From the NCBI RefSeq assembly GCF_006345805.1, contig NC_042998.1, positions 98,394,001 to 98,458,000 on the forward strand: DNA of 64,000 nt, given 5' to 3'. Shown here one piece after another: positions 40,235 through 54,165 of the stretch. Made by a program: the position numbers and the translations under genes. Under the pieces are notes generated by a model, which made no database searches, was not told the DNA's origin, and was given only the letters and a program-made list of their open reading frames with translations. Position 1 is the first letter of the stretch; every line of letters begins with the position of its first letter. The stretch comes from Octopus sinensis (taxonomy: Eukaryota).

Positions 40235-40540
40235 CAGTCGCTATGGTGATCTGATGTGCAAAATAGCAGTACTACTAACAGCATCACAACCACCATAGCA
40301 GTCTTGATGAACATGATGGCAAAGTTGCTAACAGCATCAAGGTTACTAAGATGATCTACTCAGCATGATAGAAGTATTGTTAACTTTATACATAGGTGAC
40401 AAAGCAGACAATGCAATCTTGATTAGCATGGCAGCAAAACTGCTAACAACAATAATGTTACTGAGCTAATCTGATTGGCATAGTAGCAGTGTTGCTAACA
40501 TCACTACATCTGCCATGGTTATCAGTTTCATAGGTTAGCA
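40235..40540. repeat. Degenerate ~52-bp minisatellite
   Basis: (G)CTAAC-type anchors at about 40274, 40327, 40379, 40442 and 40494, each preceded by a GAT..GCATG/AGCA-like segment. Confidence 0.5.
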
Positions 40541-40775
40541 ATACTACAAATTACATTAGAGAAAATATACTTATCTTGAATAAGAAAATCATAGTACTAT
40601 GAAATTCATATTTTCCTCTTATAGAACAAGTTTACTTTATCAATCCTTAGTAACATAATACTGAATAGCTTACGAAGTTGACTAGAAGAATACACAAGAA
40701 CTTTGGCTATAATGTGAACCTTAATGTCTTGTAGGAAAAAATATTTCATAAAAGAAATGTGGATTACTTCAATTG

Positions 40776-40975
40776 TTATAGCATATTAGCAAAATGTTTT
40801 TTGTAGAGTTCAGGATGATGTTTCTGGAAATGTTTCAGTTTAGATTTCTTTTCTTTTAGTGAAAGCTGAACGTTGTCAATGATACTGTTCATCATCAGAA
40901 CTAGACTAGAGTTGGTGCATTCTTGGCCAACTTGCTCATATTCCACCACAGACACTGGCTGGCTAAAGCGAGGAG
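40776..40975 (-). CDS. DEPDC7: DEPDC7-like terminal exon (PRFSQPVSVVEYEQ...NSIIDNVQLSLKEKKSKLKHFQKHHPELYKKHFANML*)
   Basis: TTCCAG acceptor, phase 1, TAA stop. Matches the recalled DEPDC7 C-terminus [25 protein letters not shown]. Confidence 0.88.
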
Positions 40976-41044
40976 CTGGAAAATAAAACAAGTCAGAATA
41001 TAGAGCTAATATCATTATGATGGATGTTAATAATTTCTAATACT

Positions 41045-41390
41045 AACACAAGACCAAAACTTTGTAGGGGTGGCTCATAGTTAATTGAGTCAATCCTAGT
41101 TGATGCATGACGTTTACTTTATCAAACCCTGAAGGATGAAATATGTTGACTCTAGCAGGATCTGAACTCACAATGTAACTAAATATTGATTTCAAATTTT
41201 GGCACAAGGCCAGCAAATTCAGGGGAAGTGTAAGTCAATTAGATCATCCTCAGTGTACTGGTACTTATTTTATCAATCCCAAAAGGATGAAAGGCAAAAC
41301 TAACCTTGGAAGAATTTTAACTCAGAACATAAAGACAAAATACTGCAAAGCATTTTTCCCAGAGTGTTAACGATTCTGCCAGCTCATGCC
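41045..41390 (-). mobile_element. Family A SINEs (one degraded, one clearer)
   Basis: Core AAGGATGAAAGGCAAAAC at about 41283. Confidence 0.6.
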
Positions 41391-44300
41391 TTAACGTAAT
41401 TTAATATTGTAAGGCATTTTGACTGACACTCTGCCTTATTCATGACTGATTTCCAGCAGACACAAAGTTTCAAATTTTGGAGGGTTGAAAACAGTTAATA
41501 CTATTAACCCAGTATCTGACTGGCACTTATTTTATCCACTCTTAATGGCTGGAGCCATTGCCAAGGGTGGGGATGGGGTATTGGATGGAACTGTCCCTCT
41601 ACTTTTCAGTGGTGCACCGTCAGATTTAGAAAATGTAGCTCAATTTAATTCAGAAGACAACTGTTCTATTCCTCAATACACACGTGGAGTTCCAGAGCAT
41701 ATTGTGTGGTCATTAGTATTAATGTTAACGATAAGCCATGGAAATTCTGACAACTATTGATAATACACAATTTTTAATTGTATTTGCTAAAGTGTTTTTT
41801 TGACAACTACATTGGAAAACTCCAAAGATACTTTAACAAACACAACAGAGGATATTTGCAGCAACAGAGTCTGTTTCCAGAATCAGAAGTAGTTTAAGAA
41901 GTTTCAAGTTTAACCTCTGTTTGTGAAATTGCAAACATAAATTACTTCAACAGATCATTTTACAATGAACTTTACTTCACCATATCTTTTTGCACCACCA
42001 TCTCTTCACTATATCTTGTTAAAGCTACTTTTCTGGATTAAATGCTGCATCCCTCATGTTTGCTGCAACTGATGCTTCTTGCAAGTTATCTTTCTCTACT
42101 CTGACTCAGCTACTTTCATCACACTGGTGTTGTGACACCAACAAAAAAAGTAATCTTATATTTGCATTCATGGATAGTTAAAAAAAAAAAAAAAAAAAAT
42201 CAAGAAAAGGTTTTTGAACCTGTTCAAAGTCAAGAAAATTACAATTATTTTAATGCACTTTTGGTTCATGTAATATTTGAGTTAGTCATTATTTATTAAA
42301 TTATTTTACAATAATTTTATAAATTTCAAAAATTTTCAATATCAGAACAAACTGTGGAGGAGTGAAGGGAGTCATGAGGTCTGGAAGTGAGAGAGGAAGT
42401 GATGTCACATCAGGAAGCAGGTAATTTGGTCTGTCTTTCTTCGTTGGATATCTGGGGTGATTGGTAGTGCAAAACAAATTGAGAAAGAGAGAATAAATTC
42501 TGGCCAGAGGCTGGGTAGCATAAGCATTCAGGTGCATGCAACAAGTTTTCTGATCCTGGTGGAGAGTAGTTTTCCTATCTGTTTGAAGTTCATAATATGA
42601 AAGCATTTTACTTTTCCATTTACACAAACTTTAGATGTTGTCTTAGTACATTTGGTTTAAATATAAACCAGGCCTAATAGTTTGGTCATACATTGATTAG
42701 AAAAACAAAGCATTTAAAAATGTTAAAAGTAATAAAATAATAAATGTAAATAAAAAAAATTCTTTCCAACAATTTTTTCAGCTTTACTTGTTCTAAAATA
42801 ATCTTTAAAACAAAATCATGATTCTATAAGAAAAGTACACCCCTTCTGTGTTTAACCCTGAACCCTAACTACCAATCATAAATCCTGAGCCTAATCCTAA
42901 TTAATGTTTAAAACATAAATTTGGAGGAACTGCTGAAAAAATTACAGTAATATGCTTATTCTGAAACTGTGCTGTTGAATTATTGCAAATTAGAGTGACC
43001 CATCCAAGCAACAAAGCCTACTGAAGGATGGAAGGCAAAATTGACAATTTCCCTTTTAATAATAATGTTGATTTCTAAAATTGGCCAGGAAAAATTCCAT
43101 AAATTGGTCAGATAAAAAGGGATTTCAACCACAAATCTTTTTTTTTTTAAGGCATTTAATGATCTCAGTAATTGAAGATTTGTATCACACAGTGAAGATA
43201 TAATAGCAATAACAACAATCATATATTTTCATTTCAGTACAGTAAGAGGATGTAATAAGGTCAATTTAATCATTATCAGCAGCCTACTGAAAGAATGGAT
43301 GGTTTTTAGTAACTCGATCATCTGCTAAGTCATACGACTAAACCACACTGACTTATTTCAACTAGTGTCCACATATTGGTTCTAACAGTCACATTTGGCT
43401 GTTGTAATTATAACAATGAAGATGAGAACACTATCCTGAATAAAACAGTGTATAACAATTATAATTCCTAATTTCAAGTCAATCTTAAGGCAAGCTATAT
43501 TTAAAAGTGCTTCATTTGTAACCACCCACTTTTCAAACATAATATATCTAGTATTACATTCTCTAATGTGTTCTTTCTCTTTTCAAGATGATAAGATGTG
43601 GTTTGCATAAGTCATGCTATCATGTAGAAACTCACATGCTGGTTCTTATATAATATTGAGTTGGAAGAATAAGTAGAGAACCAGGCGAAACGTCCTAAAC
43701 TTAGAATTATTTATTTTCAACCTGAATTCAAATCTTGTGATCATCTTTTGTTTCATCAGTCTGAGAATGAAGAAAATAAGTACCAGTAATATACAAGAGT
43801 TAATTGCAAATTAACTATTCATTCTTTCCCACAAATATTTGGCCTTACATCGAGTTAATTTACAATGGTAAAATGCACTTTTCCTTGGTATTTGTTAACA
43901 TTTTTGTTAACATATTTCTCTTGAAAAATACTGCCTTAGTTTCAGTTAATTTTAAAAATGAAGAATTTTATAAAGTAACTTTGCAATTATTAAGCTGGTT
44001 ATAAGAACACGAATTAACAATCAAAGGTTACTTCATGTATTTTTATATGAAAAGGGTTAACAGATATAGTTTTAGATGAGATAGGAGAGAAAGAGCTGCA
44101 TCAATAACCCTTTATAGGGCCTCTAATATGTTTGAGGAGAAGAAAGGAAATTATCCTTAACTGAAGCCGTGGCCCAAATGCTTGCAACAAAGTATTCCAC
44201 TAAGGCATCCAAAGTGCCAATGGATAGTGTTAAATAGGATGATGGATTAAGAATATGAATTGTCCTACCAGCAAGCTTCTATAGTCTTTGTCTACCAAAT

Positions 44301-44528
44301 TCACTCAAAACTTCAGTTGATCTGAGGTTATGCTAGCAGATTGACTGGGCTAATTCGATTAAATGACTTTGTTAAGAACCATCATATAGGTAGTGAATGG
44401 TATATAATCATGATTTTGGCCGGTCAACTGGAACCAATGTGACCAATTGCTATTCTCTGTTAGAACATTACTGATAATTGTTTTAACTAATACTAACAAC
44501 ATGTTCAAAATGTGAAAATGTAACTTAC

Positions 44529-44733
44529 GCTGATAAGGAACATGCTTTCCAGCTTCGATTTCACTTAAAATGTGATTCACATTATCTTGAATATATTTGG
44601 GTGGTGGGTCTGAGAGCAGTCCATAATTATCAAGGAAGAAACTGACAACAATCACAGCAAGTTCATGAGCCATAAGGGGATGCCTTAAAATGGAATCGGT
44701 GAATACTCGTATAACTGGATGAGTGCTGTACAT
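44529..44733 (-). CDS. DEPDC7: DEPDC7-like exon (MYSTHPVIRVFTDSILRHPLMAHELAVIVVSFFLDNYGLLSDPP...EAGKHVPYQ)
   Basis: CTTCAG acceptor, C|GTAAGT donor, phase 0 in and 1 out. Confidence 0.85.
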
Positions 44734-46646
44734 CTGAAGATGAAATGAGAACATAATTCATAAAGAAATGATGTCAAATTAAAGATAAATGAACAATCAT
44801 TTTAAAGCTGTTTCATATAACTATTGAGTACCTAACTTAAGACAGGAAGGAGGAAAAAGAGAGAGGAGGAGGTGAGAGTGAGACGAAGTAGAGACAGGAA
44901 AATACTTAGTATGATTTTGGCATTATTTTTAAATGTTAGATGCCCTTCCTATCACCAACCACTTTATAGCATGGACTGGGGACATTTTGTGTCACCATCA
45001 CAAAGAGACATCTGTTATGACTAAAATATCTCCTGTATACTGCCAGATTTTATTCAAAGTTATTGCTTTCTGAAATTGGCTGTCTTCACTAAGGCTTATA
45101 GAATCCATGTGTCCCTCGTGCAAGTATTTATTCAATTCTATTCTCCTAGATAAATTGCCTTGATTGCAGTTTGTAAAGTTCACATCTCCCCCATGCAGAC
45201 TTTCACTCATGGCCTATAATACCCCAAAATTAAAGTTTTAGGTCATTGTATGTAGAAGCTGGATGAAGGATGAGAAGAGTGGGGTGTACAAGAAAAGAGA
45301 CTGAATGATTGAGATAATCATATAAGAGGGATGTGTAAGTAGGAAATGATAGAAGGATGTTATGGTAGTGGAGAAGTGAGAGAAAAAGAAACGTACGGAG
45401 AGAGAGAGAGAGAGAGAGGAGGAAATGTGAGAGGAGAATACATAACAGAGAGCATTGTTCTGGCACCTCTGCATAGTTCAATATGATGTGTGAAATGATG
45501 TTAAGACAAGGGCATGTGAAGGGAAGAGGAGACTCATCAGGAAAGAGAAGACAATATGAGAGAAGAGAAGGACATAAAATATGCATGTCATCTGAGAATT
45601 AGAATGATAATGATACCATGGTATAACTGCATAGATTAACTGCCAAGTAAGCTTATTCAACAATAAAACGCATCATATGCATGTATACTCAGTAATACAA
45701 TAGTAAGTATCCTGACTGTAAAAGAATTGCAGTTGGAGTTCTGGAAGAACATGTAAAGCAGTTTTCACATATTTCAAAATAAAAATGGTTGGTAGTAGAA
45801 AAAGTATTCAGTAGTAAACCCCAACATAAAGACAATGATGATGGTTGTTTTCATTATTTTTAGTATCAGGTCAGCCCTTACGATCAGATGAAATCCAGTT
45901 GTGACCAGCCCATCTTTTGTGGATCCAGACCACAGTCTATCTAGGACTACATCATACAATGCATCATTCTATTTTTTATTGACAGTAGGTTGTGTTTGGT
46001 TTGTGGTTTATCTGCTATTTCTTGCAGGTGGGGCAAACCATGTAGACACTTTAAATAAGGATGACGAAACCATAATATAGTAATTCTTTTTCATCGAGAA
46101 AGTAAGAATTTTAATTTAAAAAATTCAAAAATTTTGGGAAAAAAGTTGCTTTGTGAAAACAGAGCTTTACAGTAACTTTTCTGTTATAAATATTATAGTG
46201 ACAGCTGCCATCAATTCACTTTAGTAGTATGAATTGAACATTTACAGTAACCAATGCATATGAATGAGACAAGATACCAAAAGCAGCAATCTTAATTTAT
46301 GTAAATGACACCTCATACATACTAATCTGTAACAATAAAAGAGCAATGGGCTCTTTGACAGGACTCAAGCCATGTGTCTTGACTTGTGGGGCAATATCAT
46401 TACCAATTACTCTACAGAACACCTGTTGTTAACCATAACATTTAATCCCTATATTTATCTTGGTTGTTTCTCAGGATATTTAAGCAGCCACTTAGCCTGA
46501 GCAGAATAGGCCAACTCTGATTTTTAACACAGTAAGGTGTTATACATTGATCTGATGTTTGTAACAAGAGTTAACCTAAAAAATTATGATTAGTTTTTGA
46601 CTTTATTTAGTTCTTAAGTAATGGAAATGAATGCTTTCTTTCTTAC

Positions 46647-47179
46647 CTGACTACACTGTTGTAGTTCTTCATCATGTGTTACTATTTGAATAAAATTCAG
46701 GATTCGAATAAGTTTTTCTTTCTGGAATCTTGGGAGTATGAGCGAATACAGATGAAAAGCATGTTTAGCTTTTTCTTCAAATCCATTAAGAATCATGTTC
46801 CGAATAGATAAATGAAAGTCTAAGTCCCATGATGATAGAAGAGGTTCATCTAAATTTTTGTAATGGTTAACAGCTATCTCAAATATATGCTGTTTCTCCT
46901 CTAAAGACAGTGGTACACAGAAACCTTCTTTTCTCAATCCAGGTAAGTCTTGCGTGGAAGTTGCTAGACAGTCCACAGCAGCTGTTAAAAAAGGGTCATG
47001 TGATCTTTTGCCAAACATGGGTGAGGCGCAAGTTGCATATGAAAGTCCATAGTTTGTCCAACCATTCTGCCTAGAACCATCTTCCATGTGTAAATGTGCA
47101 AGAAATCCATCTAAAATGTGAATATCAAGTAAACGCAACAGTTCACACAGTGATACCTGGCGAAGAACATCGTCTTTCA
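46647..47179 (-). CDS. DEPDC7: DEPDC7-like exon, RhoGAP-like region (KDDVLRQVSLCELLRLLDIHILDGFL...DPFLTAAVDCL...EKLIRILNFI...QQCSQ)
   Basis: TTTCAG acceptor, CAG|GTAAGA donor, 533 nt. Resembles recalled DEPDC7 segments RLLQLVDLPLLDSLL, WLSAAIDCL and REEFRRLLYFM. Confidence 0.88.
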
Positions 47180-47824
47180 CTGAAAGATAAAAAAAAATTT
47201 AAGTTAAATCTTTGTGAGACAGAAAATGTTAAATAACCTTATGTTCAATTAGCATTAAACTCATCTATATTTGTTTCCTTTATTAAGTTAGAAGGGAATT
47301 TATATCTGTAAGATATTTGCCAAAACATGTGATTATGATTTGCTATCACCAAATAAACAGCCATACAATAAAAGGGGTACATGATTTTCAATGATGCACT
47401 TAAGCTAAATATACCTGGTTAAAGAACACCACACAATACCTGTATTATTTTGAACAAATGACATTTAAATTAATAATTTAATATGTTTAATCTTCAGCTG
47501 TCACAATTCCAAAAAAATGTTTTTAACAATCTATTTTTGTACTAGAAATAACACAGAATTTAAGAAGAAGATAATTTTACACTTTTTATGCTGTAAAGCA
47601 ATGCTTTACACCTGAGAAGTTCAGAAATGTAGTAGCTGATGTTAGAGCGAAATGCTCTCATGAAACCAGAGAGAAGACATAATGAGTTCTCACGGTGGCT
47701 GGAAGATATATTTGATTGAATTAACTACAGTACATGATTTGTGTTTGTGATCAACACTAGAAAAAAGGCAAAGTTGATCTTGACAGGATTTGATCTCAGA
47801 ATATAGTTATTAATAATTATTGTT

Positions 47825-48110
47825 AAAGCAGTAAGATGGCACAATAGTTAGCATGCTGGACAAAATGCTGAGTGACATTTCTTGTGGATCTTTACAGTCT
47901 GAGTTCAAATACCACTAAGGTTAACTATGTCTTTCATCCTTTCAGGGTCCATGAAGTAAGTACCAGTTGAGCACAGGTGTCAATGTAATCAATGAGCTCC
48001 CTACCTCTAAATTCGAAACCATTATTAAGTGAGCTAATTTAGTGATGTAATCAATTAAATCCTTTCCAAAATTTCTGGTCTTGTTCTGTGTTAGAAACAT
48101 TATCATTATT
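47825..48110 (+). mobile_element. Family A SINE
   Basis: GAGTTCAAATACC...CTTTCATCCTTTCAGGGTC...AAGTACCAG. Confidence 0.65.
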
Positions 48111-48179
48111 ATAAGGGTGTTGGGCAGCAGAATGAATAGAGCATCATTCAAAGTTCTATGTGGTAATTTAGTTACAAGC

Positions 48180-48553
48180 TTTTATTCTTTTACTTGTTTC
48201 AGTCACTTGACTGTGGCCATGCTGGAGCACCGCCTTTAGTCGAGCAAATCGATCCCAGGATTTATTCTTTGTAAGCCTCGTACTTATTCTATCGGTCTCT
48301 TTTGCCAAACCACTAGATTACGGGGACGTAAACACACCAGCATCTGTTGTCAAGCAATGTCGGGGGGACAAACAGATATATATATACATATATGCGAAGG
48401 GCTTCTTTAAGTTTCCGTCTACCAATTTCATTCACAAGGCTTTGGTTGACCTGAGGCAATAGCAGAAGACACTTGCCAAAGGTGCCACGCAGTGGGACTG
48501 AACCCGGATCCATGTGGTTGGTAAGCAAACTACTTACCACAGAGCCACTCCTA
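48180..48553 (-). mobile_element. Family B SINE, full length
   Basis: Reverse complement of the 27008 copy. Confidence 0.8.
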
Positions 48554-49564
48554 AATCCCATTATAGTCATCTTAGCCTTTTATCCTTCTGGAATTGATAA
48601 AACGAGTACCAATCAAAGTATAGAGGTTAATTAAATTGACTAAACCCCATCCCTAAATATAATGGCCTTGTGATATGATAGAATTTATTATTATTATTAT
48701 TATTAATAGAAGGCTAGGTGAATTACAGAAATGGTAGACACCAGACAAAATGCTATGTAATATTTAGTTAAGTTCCTGATTTCAATTTTGCCTCTCACAC
48801 ATCTGGAAATAGTGTCTATCTTGATACTATGGTATTGTTAGTCCAGAGCATATCCAAGTTTCCTAGATGTTTAAATGTCAGACCATCATAAAGTTAATCC
48901 CAAGTGCTTCTGGTACTCCTTTTTTAGCTGAGTGGACTAGGACAACCCGAAATAAAGTGTTTTGTTAATAGACGCAGTATGTCACTGGTCTGGGAACTGA
49001 ACTCATGACCTTTAAATTACAATACCATAATCACTATGTACCAGAATTAAATTTACAACAGCCTTTCCTTGTGCATTTCTGATTCTGTGCCAGTGTTAGA
49101 ATATTTACATTCTAAAGGCAAATTTCGCTGAAATCAACTGACTTCCAAAGAATTGATAAAATAAGTGCTAGTCATATACTGGGGTTGGTTTCAATTGACA
49201 TACATTCTTTTAAATCTGTGACCTTGTAGCTGGGTCTGTAAACAGTATTATTAGAGGCAGAAGAATGTTGATCTTGATGGGATTTAATCTTAGAATATAA
49301 ATACAACAAAATATTTAGTTTGGCACTACAGCTGTCATTCCATATCCTAAGAAAACACTGTCAATCTGAAAATATGAGAACCTTTAAAATATTACCATTT
49401 TTTAAAATGAAGTCTTGATTCTTAGAATTTTGTCTCCTTTGTTTGAATTATACCATTGTTACCTATATACAATGCCTACAGTAAGAACATTTAACTTGGT
49501 GTATTGAGATCAGAGCAGCTTGTATAAAACAATACAATATCAAAACAATATCCAAGCAACTTAC

Positions 49565-49734
49565 ATCCGACTGATAAAGTACTTTCTTGTTTCTTTGTAA
49601 TTGGAGTACTTTGGAAAAGTTGTATTGATCCTGTACTTCGCACACGCATAAGCGGCTGTGGAGTTGTTGGTTCATCTGCATTTCTAGAATGGAAGATAAG
49701 GCTTGGGTCCAATGAGATCCTGCGAGATATAGGA
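49565..49734 (-). CDS. DEPDC7: DEPDC7-like linker exon (PISRRISLDPSLIFHSRNADEPTTPQ...STLSVG)
   Basis: TTTTAG acceptor, T|GTAAGT donor. Phases (2 in, 1 out) fit both neighbours exactly. Sequence itself is poorly conserved. Confidence 0.75.
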
Positions 49735-51087
49735 CTAAAAGACAAGAAACAAAGAATTAATTTTATTTTCTATCTAGAAACAGTTTTGGATTGGTTCTAT
49801 GTATTATTGTTGAAAAACATATTTGAAAAAAAAAGCAAGTTTAAAGGATATTTATCTATTTATCTATGGGCAACGCAGCTTTATGAAAATCTATACTCTA
49901 ATAGCTATGTTTATTGAAACAGAAGCCATTATGCCTTAAGCACTTGAAATAATAATTTGAATTATGTATATGTATGTACACACACATCCAAAGAGTTTCT
50001 GTGAATTTTCCATCTACCTAATTTCATTAGCAAGGCTTTGGGCAACCTGAATATAGGAGAAAAGTTATTTGTTTAAGGTTATGTGCAGTGGTATCAAACA
50101 TAGTTTCAAAAAGAACTTCTGAATTACACAGCCATACTTTCACTTATATGTATATTTACAATGGAATTGCATATTTATGTATATTTTCATACATAGAAAT
50201 AATGAATACAGGTCAAACGATTTGAAAAACAAATTCAAATGCAGAAGAATTTAATAAATCAATATCAAATAAACTCTGTAGATACAAGCAGTGTTTTTAT
50301 GTAGTAAATTCAAGGAATCAAAACGTACCAATCAGATTTTGTTGGCAAAAGCATTTTGCTAATATACTGTTGGGATATATTGACTAATAAAAAGCCTTAA
50401 AATCCATTTGGTTGAACTTTACAATATGATTGGTAATGTATTTCTTAGAGCTCTACTTTCAGATGTTTTAATTATTAGAGAACAAGACATTTTCTAGAAT
50501 AGTAAAAGCGAGAGTAAGTAGATATATAACGGGAGGCAAGGTTTACGATATTGGGTGAATATCGCCTTCTCCCATTAAATATTGCTCTTCGTGTAGTTCA
50601 GGCTCCAGCAGGCAAGGAAAGAAGTCTTTAAGTACAAATGCAAATTACAAGTCTCACAGAATAGGTGAAGTGTGCTGCTCTCAGCATGCCATCTCAAGCT
50701 GTGTGCATTTCGTTGTATCTCCATTAATGTGGGCCCATTGCCTCTGGAGATACAACATGCAGACAAGACTAGCTGGGAGACCCAGTCAGTGAAGTGTGCT
50801 CAGCAAGTGCTTGTGGTGAAAAGAGAATGAATCTGTTTTTGTTGGGCTCTTATATCCAGTTTGCCATTGCAAGCCTTGTTGTGATCTCGCGCATGGCAAA
50901 TGGATGCAGGTGAGGTCTTGCTACAGTCTCAGAAATGGCAATGGCTGCTGCGAGAGCTCATCCAATATGGCACTGACTGCTTGTGCCACTACAGATATAA
51001 TTGAAATTACAATTTAAGTGTTAGTATTCAAGGCTCTAGCAATTAACAAGATGAAACACTATTTAGTAAAAAATATTGATTACTTAC

Positions 51088-51314
51088 TCCGTTTCCATAC
51101 TTTTGTTATTTTCCTCAAGCTCAATGCCTTCTATTGAAGAAATAGAGTCATTTTGTTGTGAAGTGGTTGTAGGTGAACTGGTGTTCTGGACAAAACGATA
51201 CAACTTGCTGTTGCTATCCTCAAATATTGGCTTTTTTGAGGAGTTAATGTAGCTGTTTCGTACAAATACAGGGACAGCTTCAAAGATCTTTTTATCCAAT
51301 ATTGTCTGACAAAC
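51088..51314 (-). CDS. DEPDC7: DEPDC7-like exon (VCQTILDKKIFEAVPVF...KPIFEDSNSKLYRF...SMET)
   Basis: TTTCAG acceptor, GA|GTAAGT donor, phase 0 in and 2 out. Carries the DEP C-terminal motif FEDSxxxLYRF. Confidence 0.88.
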
Positions 51315-51619
51315 CTGAAATGTTAACATTAGAAGTTTTCATTTTATATTTATTTTATCCATTACAAAAATGTTCTTTCATGCTTATTTAAATATTTATC
51401 ATTCTGACCTGCCAGAATCCCTAATGTGTTGGACAAAATGCTTAGCACCATATTTTCCAGCTCTATGTTTTGTATTCAAATTCTATCACAGTCAGCTTTA
51501 TCTTTCATCCTTTCAGGGTGGATGAAAATATGAAGTATCTGTGGTCATTGCTGGTACCATGTGAAGGGCACCCATGAATTGTCATGGTCATTGCCAGTGT
51601 CATGTAAATGGCACCCATT

Positions 51620-51855
51620 CTTATTTCTTTACTGCCCACAAGGGGCTACACACAGAGGGGACAAACAAGGACAGACAAATGGATTAAGTCGATTACATCG
51701 ACCCCAGTGCATAACTGGTAATTATTTAATCGACCCTGAAAGGATGAAAGGCAAAGTTGACCATTGCGGAATTTGAACTCAGAACGTAGCGGCAGATGAA
51801 ATACTGCTAAGCATTTCGCCTGGCATGCTAACGCTTCTGCCAGCTCACTGCCTAT
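51620..51855 (-). mobile_element. Family A SINE, young copy
   Basis: Closely similar to 12068-12295. Confidence 0.8.
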
Positions 51856-51934
51856 AAATGGCAAGCTAGTCACTCACAAAGTTGATCAAGTACAAGAAAG
51901 AGTCATACCCTATAACTAGGTAATGAAAGTGATA

Positions 51935-52330
51935 TAGGCTTAAAGCATGATTAAGATCATGATTAGCCTGAATGAAATGTGGACTTGCTTCGCTATTGAT
52001 ACCATCTTTTTGGTAAGGCAACAGAAGTACTTAGCTAAGAGTAAGCCTCTGTACCTAGCATTCATCAGCTTGAAGAAGGCCTTTAACAAGTCTTTTGCTC
52101 TGTGATCTGATGGTCTGTAAGGAAGTTGAGAACTCATGAATGGCTTGTAAGGGTTGTTTAAGTCATGCACTGAAGTGCTATCAGCAAGATAAAAGTCAGC
52201 AATTAATTCAGTGAGGAATTCAGCATTTGGATAAAGGTCTGTCAAGCATAAGTTCTCAGCTAATTCCTGTTTATTATAGTCCTCCACACTATGAGAGAAG
52301 AGTGTTGTACCAGCTACCCATGGAAACTCT
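51935..52330 (+). mobile_element. Decayed RTE RT fragment
   Basis: IFLVRQQKYLAKSKPLYLAFISLKKAFNK...FLFIIVL in broken frames. Confidence 0.7.
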
Positions 52331-52828
52331 TGTTCTTATAGAAGAATCTATAAAAAATTTTGAAAAACATTTGGGATATGGAAGTAAAACCTGGAACTGA
52401 AAGGCTTAAAAGTAAACTTAAAAGAAAGGCCAAAGTTTTAGTCAGAAAGAAAGAAAATCCTGCATTTATCAGGGAGATGGCTATACTCAATCAAATAAAA
52501 AAAAATAGGTAGAAACTCCATGTGGTGTTTCCAGTGTAAACTATGGATACACTGGCAATGTGGTGGGATTACGAGCAGGCTAACAGAGAAGAGACATCAT
52601 ATGTAGCTGAAGCAATAAGCACAAAAACAACACACAGACTTTCTCAAATAGCCACAAAAAAAGCTCTCAAAAACACAGGAGGCTCTCTATGAGCAGTTAA
52701 TAGTTTTTGCTACCAAATTAGAAATAGGGGTAAGTACTCTCAAAATATAGCAGCCAGAGTAAGAACAGACTAGTAAAAGTCCAGAGAGCTAGTGCCTCAG
52801 CTGGCAACAAAGGTCTTCTCCCTCAGGA

Positions 52829-53050
52829 TTAACCCTTTAGCATTTAAGTGGCCATATGCAGCAAATATTCCATCTGTTTTTGTTCAAACTGGCTAGATCC
52901 AATCCCACACACCTACCCTGCAATATCATTCTAAAAGTAAACAATTGCATCTTCGAAATCACAAAACTATGAGATGGTACATGATTAATTTTTTAAAATG
53001 TGAATAAATAAGTATTATATTTAACAGAATAATATGAGTGCTAAAGGTAG
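52829..53050. mobile_element. Possible piggyBac-like MITE (decayed)
   Basis: Starts TTAA-CCCTTTAGCA and ends TGCTAAAGG; an antisense fragment of the same family lies near 60270-60350. The right TTAA is not intact. Confidence 0.45.
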
Positions 53051-54165
53051 ATTTTATGGTGATTGCATATGATGTGCAGTATGCATGGTAGTGAGCGGAA
53101 CTTTAAATGCAGATGACTTGATAGAAAACTCCACTTGTACAGGCATGCAAGGGCCTGAGGAATAGGTACCCTCTCAAGAAAAGTGCACCCTTCTAAATAA
53201 TGCTATTATGTCCCTTTCGACCTTGTGCTCTCCTTCGAAAAATTCCTGGGACTGCACCTGACATGAGATGCATATGGGTGATGAAACTGTGAGCACTGAA
53301 ACTGAATGTAACCTTTGGAAGAGGGAAACCACAGATGACTTGGAATGAAGGTGGTGAAGACTGGTCTCAAGATGTTGCATCTTACAAGAGGATGACATAG
53401 GACTGTGCTGTATGGTGATATACAATGCTGGAGATCTGACCACTTTTGCAAGCATGGAAAAGTGCAGACATGGCAGTGATTAAGTTTGCTTCTGCCCCAC
53501 ATGGGGCTGATCTCACTGTGCAATATCTTGAGAATGAAATTTTGGAGACTGAAAATATGCAAAAGCCTGTTGCATCACTGATGTATATTGATGAATATAA
53601 ACTTCAATGAGAAACCAGTGACTCCCTTATTACTCACACTGTCATAAATGCAGTGAACCAACGATGCCCACTGGAAACTTAAACATTAATACACTTGTTT
53701 ATAAACTGTGATTTACGTCACTGATTTGATATCCATTTTCTCATGCTTGCATGAGTCTCACAGAATCTGTCAAGGTAGATTTTCTAAAGCTGGATGCCCT
53801 TCCTGTTTCTGAGCCTGGTAATATTTCCCTGTGACCAGACAGGTTTTCATGGAACATTGGATACAAAAAAGCCCACTTGTATGATGGTGACACTCATTTA
53901 CAACTATTGTGTGAGTCTTGACATCATACAATAAACACACACACTATATATGACAGGATTTTTTTTAGCTTCCACTTATTAAATACATTTACAATGCTTT
54001 GATCAGCCTGGGGATGTAATAGAACACACTGGCTCAAGGTATCAAGGTGCAATGCAGAGCTGAACACAAAACCACATAGTTACAAAGGTTAATATAAAAT
54101 ATATAGAAAAGTGGTAGAATAGATGTTGCAAAAAAATAAATGATATCAATTAGTGATGAACTTAC

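Noticed and set aside
42301-42627. 108-aa minus ORF as an extra DEPDC7 exon
   Set aside because: Exons 44529 and 40975 already join in phase and match DEPDC7 colinearly. The ORF has no clear splice sites and only a vague retroelement-like look.
43625-43705. Hammerhead-like CTGGTTCT...AGAACCAG-GC-GAAACGTC
   Set aside because: No CUGANGA box upstream of the stem and no convincing stem I.
50520-51000. GC-richer inserts at 50520-51000 and 53170-53570 as exons
   Set aside because: Frames are interrupted by stops and do not fit the DEPDC7 phase chain; probably unclassified TE remnants.
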